Shown here: piece after piece, positions 50,565 through 62,360 of the stretch | Layout: every line of letters starts with the position of its first letter | Position numbering within the stretch: the first letter of the stretch is position 1 | Assembly: GCF_018350175.1 (NCBI RefSeq) | Contig: NC_058373.1 | Coordinates: 99,822,001 to 99,886,000 of the forward strand | Direction of reading: 5' to 3' | Length of the DNA stretch: 64,000 nt | From: Felis catus | Lineage: Eukaryota | The notes under the pieces: model-generated | Database searches by the model: none | Told to the model about the DNA's origin: nothing | Seen by the model: only the letters and a program-made list of their open reading frames with translations | Translations under genes and position numbers: made by a program

Positions 50565-51706
50565 ATTGCCATTTTTATGTTGCCTCTGTGCAGGCTGCTG
50601 TCTCTTTAAGGGCAGCAACTCAGCTATCACTTGCCCTCCTGGCTCACCCAGGGCTGAGTCAGTTGACTTTTTAAAGCTCTAGGCTCCAAGTCCCACTGGT
50701 TATACAAACTCATGGAATTCAGCCCCTCTGGTTTTCAAAGCCAAACATTATGGGGATTAGTCTTGCTCATGTGAGCTCCTGGTATAAGGGCCCATTTCTC
50801 TGCCCTATCTGTGTATGCAGCTCCCTCCCTCCTGTGGGCAGCCTCCCTCCTCCTTTCTGCCCTTCCTAACCTTTTAGAGGCAGCTTCCTCTCTATATTTG
50901 TTGTGGAGTTTGTTCTGCCAGTCTCCAGATCCCTATCTGCTTTATTTACTTGGTTGTGGATAATAACTAGTTGTAAAGTTGGGACAGGTTGAGCCAGCTT
51001 CCTCCTACTCTACCATCTTACCAAGCTCCTCCTACCCTTCTTCTGATAAGAGTCTCACTGCTCCATCTTCCTTTCAGAAACACCCTCATCCACTTCAGGC
51101 CATCACCTTCCAGAGGGGTTGACTCCGGTTCCAGGAGCGGGCATGGGATTCAGTGTATCCTACTTCTTCAGCCATATTGCTCTGTCTGAAGATGATGCAG
51201 TTAGGAACCATGAAATTTTTGCTGGCATGGTTGAAAGGCATTCTCTTTCCTGCTGCTCGCTGAGGGTATAGAATTCCCACTTAATAGCCATCTTATCACC
51301 ACCAGCAAAAGCCTCAATAAGAATTCAGAACTCAGAAGGAAGCAGAGGTACACCAGTCTGAGAGATCAGGTCTTGATGTCAGAGTTTGGGCTCTTAGATC
51401 CAGCTATGTTTAAATCTTACTCTTCAGTATTTCAATTATGTAAACCATTAAACACCATTTTTAATTGTGCCAATTTGAATTGGGGTTTCTGTCACAACTA
51501 GTAGAGTCCCAACTAATAAATAGAATATCTCAAGTTTCAACTGATATAGCTCTAATTGAGAAGAAAAATAAATCACTGGTAACCTGATAGTGTAGTCCAA
51601 AGAGGGTCAAATCCTATGTTAAATGTCTTTAAAATCTCCTATCCTCTTAAAATTTAATGTGAATATTACGTCACTCTTCTTTGTATCTTACATCAAGAAA
51701 AAAAGA

Positions 51707-51910
51707 GGTGTGCCTGGTTGCCTCAGTCGTTAAGTGTCCGACTTTGGCTCAGGTCATGATCTCAAGGTTCGTGGGTTTGAGCCTCGTATTGGCTCTTTGC
51801 TGACAGCTCAGAGGCTGGATCCTGCTTCAGATTCTCTGCCTCCCTCTCTCTCTGCCCCTCCCCCTGCGCTCTCTCGCTTGCTCTCTCTCTCTCAAAACTA
51901 TTAAAAAGAA
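51707..51910 (+). mobile_element. Can-SINE
   Basis: ggtgtgcctggttgcctcagtcgttaag head, CT body, A-rich flanks. Confidence 0.92.
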
Positions 51911-51974
51911 AAGAAAAAAGAATACCCTCCATCTGCAAACAAAAAGTAATATTTTATTATAATGTACCATTTTT

Positions 51975-52195
51975 GGGGGGTCGCCTGGGTGGCTCAGTTG
52001 GTTGAGTGGCCGACGTCGGCTCAGGTCATGATCTTGTGGTCCGTGAGTTTGAGCCCCGCGATGGGCTCTGTGCTGGCAGCTTGGAGCCTGGAGCCTGCTT
52101 CAGATTCTGTGTCTCCCTCTCTCTGCTCCTCCCCTGCTTGTGCTCTATCTCTCTCTGTCTCTCAAAAATAAATAAATGTTTAAAAAAAATTTTTT
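51975..52195 (+). mobile_element. Can-SINE
   Basis: TSD taatgtaccat at 51960-51970 and 52196-52206. Confidence 0.95.
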
Positions 52196-52499
52196 TAATG
52201 TACCATCTTTTGCCTGTGGATCTATTTACCCCATTTGAGGATTGTTCATGATCCTAAGAGAGCTAGACATCAACATTGGAATTGGATGGAGAAGACTGAG
52301 ATCAAGAGATGTGAAGAATGAACTTGGAGGCAAAAAGAGCTGGATATGAATCCTGGTTTATACATTTGCTGGATGACATTTTAAAAGTTTCAGTTTCCAC
52401 ATTGAAAAATAGGCCTGCATGTTCTATTTCTCTAATACTCTATAATTTTCAGCCCTCCCTACTTACCTGGATATTGTAAGGACCAATCTAGTGGTGACA

Positions 52500-53560
52500 T
52501 AATGCCCATTCTCCTCAAGAGGCATTTAGAAATCAATGACTTCTATGAGTCAATATGGACTGAGAGCTCATCATACTTCTTAAAACTGAAAACTCGATTA
52601 TCTTTTTTAAGTGGAGTTATTAGTAACCATATTTTAACACGATTTGAAAATAAATGGAGTATCTTAAATATACTGTATCTTGATTTTTAGAAAATATTGG
52701 ATAAAGTTTCTCATAGTATTTCTATGGATAAAATGATGAAAGCTAATGTCACTGCAATGCTTAGTGGAGGTACAGTTGGTTGAATAACACATTGTAAGGA
52801 TATTGATTACTGGTTCTGAAAAATATTTGCTTAATGGCATACCACCTACCAGTTTCTGTTCTTGGTCCTGTCAGGTACCATATTTTCTATTAATAACATG
52901 AAAGAAAATTACATATAATTGATTAACACAACCAACCAGAGATTAAAAATGATCCTGATATGTTAGCATATTGTACAGAAAATTTTAAAATAATAAACAA
53001 ATAGTAAGTGGAAATTTAGCCTCAGGTTAGGAAATTCCGGACTTCAAAGCAAATCTTGTTCAATAGATCTGAGTATATAGTTTATTACAAATACAAATTT
53101 AGTTGGGGGAAAAGTGTGGTTGCTTTTTAGCTAACTTAGCTTGAGATATCAATAGAAGTGTAATACCCAGAACTCCAGAAGTAATGTATCCCACATCATT
53201 CAGCACTGATGAGGTATTATCTTGTGTTATATTCTGAAGAGAGATGTAGTAGAAAAACTAGCCTATGTCCTGGAAAAAGTGACCAAATGGTGGGGGACCT
53301 GGAAACATGGAGGCTGAAAGGGGTTGTGGACTGTGTAACTGAGGAGGACAAGGACTGAGGGGAGATGTGGTCATCATGTCCTTCTAGGCTGGCATGGAGC
53401 ACAGGCTATAGACTTGCTCCTCCTACCAGAGAGGAGGGCCCAGACCAAGAGGGAAATGGAGCAGGTGAACTGGGCTCTGGTTCAGGATGAGAACGAACCA
53501 AAACCACTGAGTAATTTCCAAAGGCAAGCACTCTGTCACGGGCTGGTCTTTGACAAGGAC
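52500..53560 (+). mobile_element. Ancient CR1-clade LINE (L3) RT/3' remnant
   Basis: 52670-52735 translates ILYLDF*KILDKVSHSISMDKM, matching the CR1 RT motif IYLDFSKAFDKV; L3-like 3' region ctgaggggagatg...atagacttgctc downstream. Confidence 0.65.
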
Positions 53561-53869
53561 TGCCTCCTGCTCTTCATCCATGTGCTCATTTGCTCATCTG
53601 ACAAAACTAAATTTGAGAAACTTGTGGTTCCTTCGAAACCGAAGTTTATGAAATTTATTATAAGTTATTAAGACAAGAAGTTAAATCATATAGACATCAG
53701 CTCCTTATAATGTAGATAGTTTCACAAACGTGAGGCAAGTCAAGAGGTGCCCACGGGTATCTTGTCTCACTATTTACCTCTTGCAGCAATTGTTTTGCTT
53801 CAGTCACTACTGGAAACCAAACTGGAATTTATGTCTGGTTTTACTCCATTTGTATAGCAGTGAGGAGAA

Positions 53870-54085
53870 TGAGCCCTGGAGACAGACTGCTTTTGCTTGA
53901 ATTTTGGTTTTACAGTGTGGGTTTAGGATATGTTATCTGAACCTTCGAGCCTCTTTTTCCAATCTGAAAACCGGAAATAATTGACCTACACATGGGGTGG
54001 TTGTGAGAATCAGATGAGCTAGTGCATGTAAAGCACTTAGTGCGGCTTCTGCAACTGAGCAAACCCTCAGTGAATGTTACTGTGA
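53870..54085 (+). mobile_element. MIR SINE
   Basis: ttgtgagaatcagatgagctagtgcatgtaaagcacttagtgc. Confidence 0.65.
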
Positions 54086-55492
54086 TTGTAATATTGGTAG
54101 TAATAAACCGTGCCCAACTTTGCAATGTAGTTCCTGGGTTTTACCTTCAAATTTACTCTATGTACTTCAGATGCTGAATAACTCAATTTGTTTGGGTCAT
54201 CGTCCTGCTTTGGGAGTAGAATTTGAAAATAGGAAATGGGGCTTCTTAAACAGATAAAGGGAAGCATGGTATGGTAGGAGCAGGAACCTGGTCCCAGTCC
54301 ACTCAGACTAGCGCTGTGACTAGACAGACCACTTAGGCTAAACATCAGTACAGTGAGAGGATTTTGTTCTTTCCTGGCTAAAATGTTTTGTCCTAAATGA
54401 GGCCATGACTGGAAAAGACTAATAAATCATGAGGATAGACAGAAGGAATGGGAATACTAAAAAGCCTAAACATTGACTACTTAGTCTGTGAACCAAAGTG
54501 CCTCCCTTACAAGCTCCAATGTGCAATTAATGGTCCTTGTGAGCTGTATAAAACAAGACAATAATAACCATGTCTTCCAATTACTTCCTATTAGAAATCA
54601 CTAAAACTCCCCTAAATTTTAATAATAAGGGTGTACTTCATTCAACTGAAGTGAGGTTAAAGGTGACACCTGCCAGACATTGCCATGTTAATCACATACG
54701 GTCTTTCTTATAGTCTGGCGTGCTATGTTAAAGGGTCACAGCCAAATGGAATAGAAAATTGCCTGCTGTATAACCCCAGAGTGTTGTTTATTTGATTTGC
54801 ACTGGAATTCTGCAGATTGATTACAGGATCAAGAACAGATGGTATTAAAAGAATCCTTTTACTGCCAGATGGCCTCCTGAAGCTTTAACCTAGAGCCACA
54901 TGCTCTCTGTATCAGTATCTAGCCCCAGTAATCAAAGGCACAAGTTTCACTACACCCCCACCCTCTCCTTCCTCTGCTCCCTTCCCCCAATTTAGCCAGC
55001 ACCTCCAGTTTGAATGTACTGTGCCTACGAGGAATAAGATGCTTTGTTTGCCAGGAATTCAATGTCGCAGAAAAAACAGACCCATAAATATACAATTCTT
55101 ATGTAATAGGATAAGTGAAATGTAGAAGTGTGTGGAGCAGTGTGGGAGTATTAGAGGAGGGCTTTTTGCTCAAATGAGGAATTGGGGAGGCAATTTAAAT
55201 GATAGAGAGGACTCCATCATTGGGGGATGATAGATACTGTTTTGTTAAAGTTAAATAGCAATTAGCCAGGGAAATAAATGGAACAGGGAGGGGTGGGCCT
55301 TCTAAGCAGAGGGTGAAACATGAACATAGACGTGGCAACAGGAAACAGCATGGTGACCATCAAATGCACTATAAGCAGTTCCATGTTGCTGAATCACAAA
55401 GTACGGGGCGGGAGGTAGAAAATAATTAGACAAAAGAAGTTGGCGTGGGCTAACCTAAGAAGATCCATTCGTGTGCTGCTAAGTAGCGTAGA

Positions 55493-55672
55493 CTAGTGGT
55501 TCACAGTATGGCCCATGGATCAGCAGTCTCAACATCACCTGGGAATTTGTTGGACTTGAAAATGCTCAGGTCCTATCCTGGACCAAGTGAATTAGAAATT
55601 CTGAGGGTAGGGTCCATGAACTGCTGATTCCATAGTTGATTCTGAGGTCCATTACAGTTTGAAAAACATTTG
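55493..55672. mobile_element. hAT-Charlie MITE (MER5A-like)
   Basis: tagtggttcacagtatggccc...catcacctgggaatttgtt...gaattagaaattctgaggg...gtttgaaaaaca. Confidence 0.65.
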
Positions 55673-56343
55673 TGTAGACTTTATCCTATAGTAGGAAAGG
55701 AACTTTTGAAGACTGTTAAGAAGAGTGCCATGGACTCTTTGTGATATCAGATATGCATTCCCACATCTTTTGTGATTTTAGAGATTATTGCTCTAATGAA
55801 AGGCCACTCAAGAAGATGGACTTGCATTTGGGAAACAAAGTCAGTTACATTTTCTCACATATCTATAAAACTATCGAGCTGGATAGAATCAAGCTATTGG
55901 GAAGGAACATATCCTGAAAAATCCTTATCATAGAGATACTATCTGGATAGGCTACAAAAGATATGTCTGGCACATTTGGAGCTATTTTTCCTCATTAGTC
56001 AAAAATTACACTAGAAATTGTTGTTAAACTCATTCAGATACCATATATATGTAAACTTTGAAAAAGTGGCCCATCCTATCCATAATCCTGTACTTTTCAA
56101 GCTTTATTTTTAGCAGTGGAATGTTTTTTTTTTTTTTAAAGAATCATTTATACCATCTTCCAATATATAAAATAAATAAAAGTCAAGTCACTCTGGTTGA
56201 AGCTCAGGAAGGGGAGCACTTTACTTGTCCCCTTTGATAGTCTCTGAGACAACACCATCAAGCCCATTGTTTTAGAATCATTGATCTATTTTATTCCTGG
56301 TAGGCATGAATAATCCCACTTCATTAATAAGGCTGATGGTAGC

Positions 56344-56880
56344 TGTATCACGCTCAGAATTTTCTAGAGAAACAGAACCAATAGGATATCTGCATATGAG
56401 TGTGTGGTGTATCCTAGAATTTTCTAGAGAAACAGAACCAATAGGATGTATGTACATGAGTATGTGATGTATCCTAATTCACTAGTCTATATGTATGTGT
56501 AATAGATACATCTACATACAGACAGAATGGAAAAGGGGGAGATTTATTATAAGGAATTCACTTGTGTGATTGTGGGGGGCTGGCAAGTCTACAATTTGCA
56601 GGGCAGGCCAGCAGCCTGAAAACTAGCAAGAGTTGACATTGTAGGCTTGAGTCCAAAGGAGTCTGGAGGCAGAGCTTTCTTCTTCCTTCAGGGACCCCAG
56701 TCTTTTCTCGTAAGGCCTTCAACTGATTATATGAGGCCCACCCACATTATGGAGGATAATATGCTTCACTCAGTATCTACTGATTTAAATGTTCATCACA
56801 CTTTCAAAAGACCTTCACAGTAATATCTAGGCTGGTTGACCAAACAGCTGGGTCATAATCACAGCCTAGGCAATTTGACA
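56344..56880 (-). mobile_element. ERVL solo LTR (MLT2, MLT2D-like)
   Basis: agagaaacagaaccaatagga...gagatttattataaggaatt...ggctggcaagtc...aggccttcaactgatt...gaggcccacccacattatggagg. Confidence 0.85.
56356..56475 (+). repeat. 60-bp tandem duplication at the MLT2 LTR end
   Basis: agaattttctagagaaacagaaccaatagga...gtatcct occurs twice (56356-56415 and 56416-56475). Confidence 0.92.
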
Positions 56881-58558
56881 AATAGCTGAAATAGATGGTG
56901 ATTGCCCTCGCTACTATAGTAATAAAAAAGGTTCTGAAGAGCTAGGTGACCAGAGACAAAAACCAAACATCTTAAAGTGCAAATGTATTCAAAAATTTCT
57001 TCTTTGCAATGAATAATGTAACTAGAGGGCTGGCAAGTGCCATATGAGGAAAGGCAGGGAAAAGCAAGCCTAATTTTGGTGAATTCATCTTACCTCAAAA
57101 ACAAATTATAGAGTAGAAATTAGTCACCAAAACTCTGCCAAAAACTAAAAACTTTTCATTAAAGAGCGATTAACATTTGAGGCTGATACAGCAGCAGATT
57201 AGAGCTTCATGCATAGCTCTGCTATTTCCAAGCAACTGGTTCTTATTACCAGGGATGTTAGTGAAGGAAATGAAATTCTTGCTTGTTGAAAGCTGAGCTC
57301 ACGCCAAAAGAGTAACAGCTCTTCAATTTAAAGGAAAGTAGTTCAGAAAGGAGTGGCAGAATGATAACCGATACAGGTCATGCATGCATTTAATCACTTA
57401 ACAAGTGTTTGGACTGTAAACCGTGATCTCTTGCACGGCACAGCTCAAATCTCAGAATGGAACTTCCCTCTACATCCACTGCCAGGCTGGACTACATGAG
57501 TTACTAGGCTGGTAGCACCCTCATCAGTTTGGCCACGGCCATTGGATCAGGGCAGCCAGGTTGTTGTACATCAACAACCTGTGAGCTAATTTAGCACACA
57601 AAAAAGAAAACTCTACCCCACAGAGAAGATAGTGACTAAATTACCAAGTCTAATTCTCCCCTTGAGAAAGTTTTGAGTCCTAAAAAGAAAGTGAATCAGA
57701 AGTAGCTGGTAAGGGGAACAAAGTCTAAAAAACACAAAGAGAAGCCAAGGGATCAGGGCACAGAGCATGACTTCACAATATAGAAGAGGGTCTGACAAGC
57801 AAAAGAGAATGATAATACCATGTGATAAATGTCACAACAGCAAGGCATGTAAAACACTGTGGGGAAATATTGAAAAGGTACTTGGAAGGTGACTAAGAAT
57901 GGCTTTTTGGAGGAGACCATACAAATAGCAGAGTAGTAATAATGGCAGGCACTGTCAAGGATTCCATAAACTTCTGCTACTGAGAGGGTGACTGATGGCT
58001 CCCTACAGCCAGAATTGGATCTTGAGGAAGAGAAACTTTCTAGTTCTCAAATTACATTGGATTGGCATATAGCCCAGGCATGTGTCTGTGGCTCTCTTTA
58101 CGTGACTTCCACTTCTCTTGCTGATACTTGGTTCCCATGTGGCCCCAGACACTTTTTTTCCCTATGTGTATTTGCAATAAGACCTCTTACAATCAAGAGA
58201 GTTGATGTTACTTGTAACACGAAAACCAAATATGCCACTTTGGGTTCATCACTTATTATACAATTAGGAAATTTTGCAAATCAAGGCCAAAACAATCTAA
58301 AAGCCAAAATTTGGTTTCAGAATAAGTCAATGTCCTTAAAATTCAAATTTATAAAATGGAAAAAAAAAAAGACTTACTCCATCTTTTATTTTAATCCCTG
58401 AAAGATTTCACTTACATAAATTGTGACTGATACGTAGTAGACAAATGAAGACGGAATTTATACTGCCCTCCTTTCCAGTTAGGGATTGGAAACCATGAGT
58501 CAAAAATCAAAAGTTAAAAAAAAAGAAAAAGGAAAAAAACAAAAACAAAAACAAAAAA

Positions 58559-58667
58559 TGGAGCGCCTGAGTCATTTGAGCATCCCACCCTTGATTTCAG
58601 CTCAGGTCATGAACCCAAGTTTGTGGGTTGGAGCCCTACATCACACTGAGCATGGAGTCTGCTTAAG

Positions 58668-58706
<39 letters not shown>

Positions 58707-58770
58707 TCCCCACTCCTCTCTCCTGCTTACACCCTCTCTCTCACTCTACCTAAAAAATAAAAAAAAAAAA
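58559..58770 (+). mobile_element. Can-SINE (diverged, head deletion)
   Basis: ggagcgcctgagtc...cttgatttcagctcaggtcatga, (CT)n, poly(A). Confidence 0.85.
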
Positions 58771-58889
58771 CAGAAGTTACTGTCCCTCAAACCATATTCA
58801 AATGTCAGATTTTCCACAAAACACTGGATCAAAATGAAAATGAAACACATATGTACATACACACATACTTTATGAAAACCAGAATCATT

Positions 58890-59110
58890 TTTTTTTTATT
58901 TTTTTTAACGTTTTATTTATTTTTGAGACAGAGAGAGACAGAGCATGATCGGGGGAGGGACAGAGAGAGAGGGAGACACAGAATAGGAAGCAGGCTCCAG
59001 GCTCTGAACCATCAGCCCAGAACCCAACGCGGGGCTCGAACTCACGGACTGAGAGATCGTGACCTGAGCCGAAGTCAGAGGCCCAACCGACTGAGCCACC
59101 CAGGCGCCCC
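58890..59110 (-). mobile_element. Can-SINE (SINEC_Fc)
   Basis: TSD aaaaccagaat(c/t)att at 58875-58889 and 59112-59126. Confidence 0.95.
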
Positions 59111-59659
59111 AAAAACCAGAATTATTAACTGGTATATCGTTTGGTTCAGTCTCTCCTTCCAGTTGGGTTTCCTTAATTGTCAGACTGCTACAGGACACAA
59201 AAGCAACACAACATAGACAACCATTGAAGAATGGAGAGAAATGTATTTCCCTTTACAGATTCATTCAGCCATTAGTTGTGATTGTAATTGTAATTCAGCC
59301 ATAACAGTGATTGTACCAACAGTGGTGTTAGTGGTTCTATCAACTGCAAAATTATTTGTTAATAGTATCTTGCAACAGATAAGCTGAGTTAAAAATTTGA
59401 GCATCCTAATAACTACAAAGATGAATTTTCCGTTTACTGAACACAATGTAACATTCCTAATGGAAATGTATGCAGATTTGCATTGTGTTAACTTGAAAAA
59501 GCTGAACTTCAAACATCAGTAAAATTCTTTTTTAAGCACAAAATTAGGAACAATGTAAATCAAATTGTTTAACCTTGAAGAACTATAATTTTAAATTGGA
59601 GGAAGGATGAATGAATGACCAACTGTGTTTATGTTAGTGGCATATGTCTTAGCCAGTTT

Positions 59660-59781
59660 AAAAAAAATTTTTATGATGTTTATTTTTGAGAGAGAGAGAG
59701 AGAGTGCAAGCAGAGGAGGGGCAGAGAGAGAGGGAGACACAGAATGCAAAGCAGGCTGCAGGCTCTGAGCTGTCAGCACAG
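59660..59781 (-). mobile_element. 5'-truncated Can-SINE (no tRNA head)
   Basis: Body and tail only; TSD atgtctt(a/g)gcca(g/c)ttt at 59644-59659 and 59782-59797. Confidence 0.9.
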
Positions 59782-60034
59782 ATGTCTTGGCCACTTTTGA
59801 TCTTAAACATCTTTGTCAGTCCTATGAGAGCAATTCAACATGAAATATGCAAGTTTTGAATTTTGCCAAGTCTTTAGGAGCAATCATTTACATAAAATGA
59901 AACTATAATGTACTTTCTCCGCTTTAATGATATGCCAGTACCATTCATGTCAATAAAATTTCTTCAGTTTATTGACTGGCAACTGGGTCTAAAGAGGCAG
60001 AGAAGTCAATAAGTTTATGTTTCAGGCTATTAGG

Positions 60035-60475
60035 TTCTGATGGTTAATTTTACGTACCAACTTGACTGGGCTAAGGGCTGCTAAGATTACTGGTAAAACA
60101 CTATTTCTGGGTGTGTCTGTGAGGGTGTTTCCAGAAGAGATTAGCATTTGAATTGGTGCACTAAATAAAGCAGCTGATCCTCCCCACTGTGTGTGGCATG
60201 ATCCTATCTGCTGAGGGCCTGAATGGAACAAAAGGCGGAAGAAGGGCAAATTCACTTTCTCTGCTTGAGCTGAGACACCCATCTTCTCCTGCCCTCAGAT
60301 ATCTTCACCCCCTGGTTCTCTGACTTTTGGACTCAGATTGGGATGTATACTTTAGCACCCCTATTCTCAGACCTTCTGACTTGAATAGCTGTCCTACTTC
60401 TCCAGATTGCAGATCAAGGAATTTCTTGGCTTCCATAATTCTTATTGGTTCTATTTTTATAGAGAAACCTAATAT
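60035..60475 (+). mobile_element. ERVL solo LTR (MLT2B-like)
   Basis: tgatggttaattttacgtaccaacttgactgggctaagg...ctgggtgtgtctgtgagggtgtttccagaagagattagcatttgaatt...tattggttctatttttatagagaaacctaat. Confidence 0.85.
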
Positions 60476-61226
60476 GTAAGTGATATTTAGAAAATCTGAA
60501 ATATACAGCTCATTGGATATAGTCATCCTGTAGGTTTCTAGTTCTAGGAGTTTTGTGGGTTGTTTTTTGTTTGTTTTTTGCCTTTTTTGGGGTTCTGAAA
60601 CCCTTTGACAGTCTATGACTCTAACCCCCAGAAAAATGCATATATGCACATGTACACTCCATTCTGCCTACATGTACCATGGGCCCCAAATAAAGAAACC
60701 CTCTTTAGATTGGCAATATTTGCGAAACAGAGGTGTGGGTAAGCAAGTACATGCGCCCTACAGCAAAGTAGCAGCAGTTCAGCACTCAATCTGTACTAGG
60801 CACATGTGTAGATGGAATGTGGTCCTGGTTTCAAATTACTGTTTTAATTACGTTTCCTTCAATACTCTTTAATGTCCTGGAATGTCTCTTTGTATTAAGG
60901 ATCAAAGACTTTTAGACCATTAAACCAAAGATGCAACTAGGTCCCTGACGTTATAAATATTTGCAAATATTCTTTTTGGTAACTATTAGAGAACAGTAAA
61001 GATAAGAAAAAAAAGTTAAAACACAGGAACAGAACAAACCACACTCATTGTACTAAATTTGTTATAATAAAAGTAAAATATGAGTGAACTAATCAAGGAT
61101 TTTTTTTTCTCTTAAAATAGGTTCTTAATCAACTTGTACCAAACACACAAACACACAGACACAGATACACATATAAGACTTATAAAGCCAAGCTCCAAAA
61201 TGACATGAACATACATAGAATATGTT

Positions 61227-61229
<3 letters not shown>

Positions 61230-61278
<49 letters not shown>
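61230..61278. repeat. (TA)n microsatellite abutting a SINE tail
   Basis: Directly visible. Confidence 0.97.
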
Positions 61279-61282
<4 letters not shown>

Positions 61283-61476
61283 AATGTTTATTTATTTTGA
61301 GAGATGGAGAGCATGAGTGGGGAAGGGGCAGAGAGGGAGGGAGAGAGAGCATTTCAAGCAGGTTCCATGCTGTTAGTGCAGTCTGACACAGGGCTCAATC
61401 CCACGAACCATGACATCATGACCCGAGCTGAAATCAAGAGTCAGATGCTTAACCAACTGAGCCACCCAGACGCCCC
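61279..61476 (-). mobile_element. Can-SINE
   Basis: Head reverse complement ...aaccaactgagccacccagacgcccc; both flanks contain tatatatttt. Confidence 0.93.
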
Positions 61477-62166
61477 AGTATATATTTTTGATTATTGTTT
61501 AAGACTATGCCCTTCCCTAAAAGAATGCAAGATTTGAAAATCCAAAATACAACACAAGGATTTGGAGGTGAGTTTTTATTTAGAAAGTAATTCTTAATTG
61601 TCTAAGCAAAAGAAAGGTACAAAATGGTTTCTTTAACTAGAAGTTTTGTCTGTTCAATTGCCTGTCATACAGACGTAAGAAAAAGCATTTACCTATAGGA
61701 TTATTCACTTGGAAAATGCAAAATGTGAGTTGAAACATACCCTCAAAGGGAAAAAAAGCCCTATCTTAAAGACATTTGAGAGCTCTAAAAATCATTATTT
61801 TCTCTACTAGATGGAAATCTAAAGACCATTCTCCAGGGGAACAGCAGCAGTGGACAGATCGTGAACTCTCAGATTCCCTGTTGTTAGTGGGGATGGAAAA
61901 CCTCCATTTTATGAAGTTAAGATTAGAGCAAGTGTTAACAAAATAAAGTCAGCTACACATTGAAAAAAATTCTGATACTAGTCCATTAAGGGAACAAGGG
62001 AATTACTAGAAATAACTCTGAAATTCTTTCCCACCAACACTGAACTTAATTACAGACAGGCGTTGTAAACAGAATCTATGAGAAGGAAGAGCAAAACAAG
62101 GAAAACAAAGAAATTCTTGCATAGTAAGTATTGTTTTGTTTATGTGTTTCATTATGAACAAATATA

Positions 62167-62360
62167 TTTTTTATTTTTTAATTTTTTTATAACATTTTTT
62201 ATTTGTTTTTGAGAGAGCGCAAGCAGGGGAAGGGCAGAGAGGGGGTGGACAGAGGATCCAAAGTGGGCTCTAAGCTGACAGTAAAGAGCCCAATGTGGGG
62301 CTTGAACTCATGAAAGATGAGACTGTGACCTGAGCCGTGACTAAGTCACCCAGGCACCCC
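62167..62360 (-). mobile_element. Can-SINE with internal deletion
   Basis: TSD aacaaatata at 62157-62166 and 62362-62371. Confidence 0.9.

Larger units (their letters stand above)
43857..51032 (-). mobile_element. Older carnivore LINE-1 retaining both termini, with internal deletions and nested insertions; L1 #3
   Basis: 3'UTR at 43857 (ttatttaaattcc...aacatacagtgttatattagtttcaggtgtacaa); degraded ORF2 (44301-48403 fragments); ORF1 remnant to about 50126; 5' terminus on the minus strand ggaggagcttggtaagatggtagagtaggagg; TSD tacccttcttct at 43845-43856 and 51033-51044. Confidence 0.9.
43798..51518 (+). mobile_element. ERVL solo LTR (LTR33-like) split by L1 #3 (pieces 43798-43856 and 51033-51518)
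   Basis: Start gtctgttgcttttgcctcc...catttacccttcttctgataa and end gatccagctatg...ccaatttgaattggggtttctgtcac...agagtcccaactaata resemble the LTR33 termini. Confidence 0.65.

Noticed and set aside
50072..50609. ORFs 50072-50506 and 50235-50609 as a functional ADP/ATP carrier
   Set aside because: The ANT homology is split over frameshifts, the original ATG is lost and about two thirds of the CDS is missing.
34071..51032. Retrotransposition-competent L1
   Set aside because: All copies have frameshifts, stops, truncations or nested insertions.
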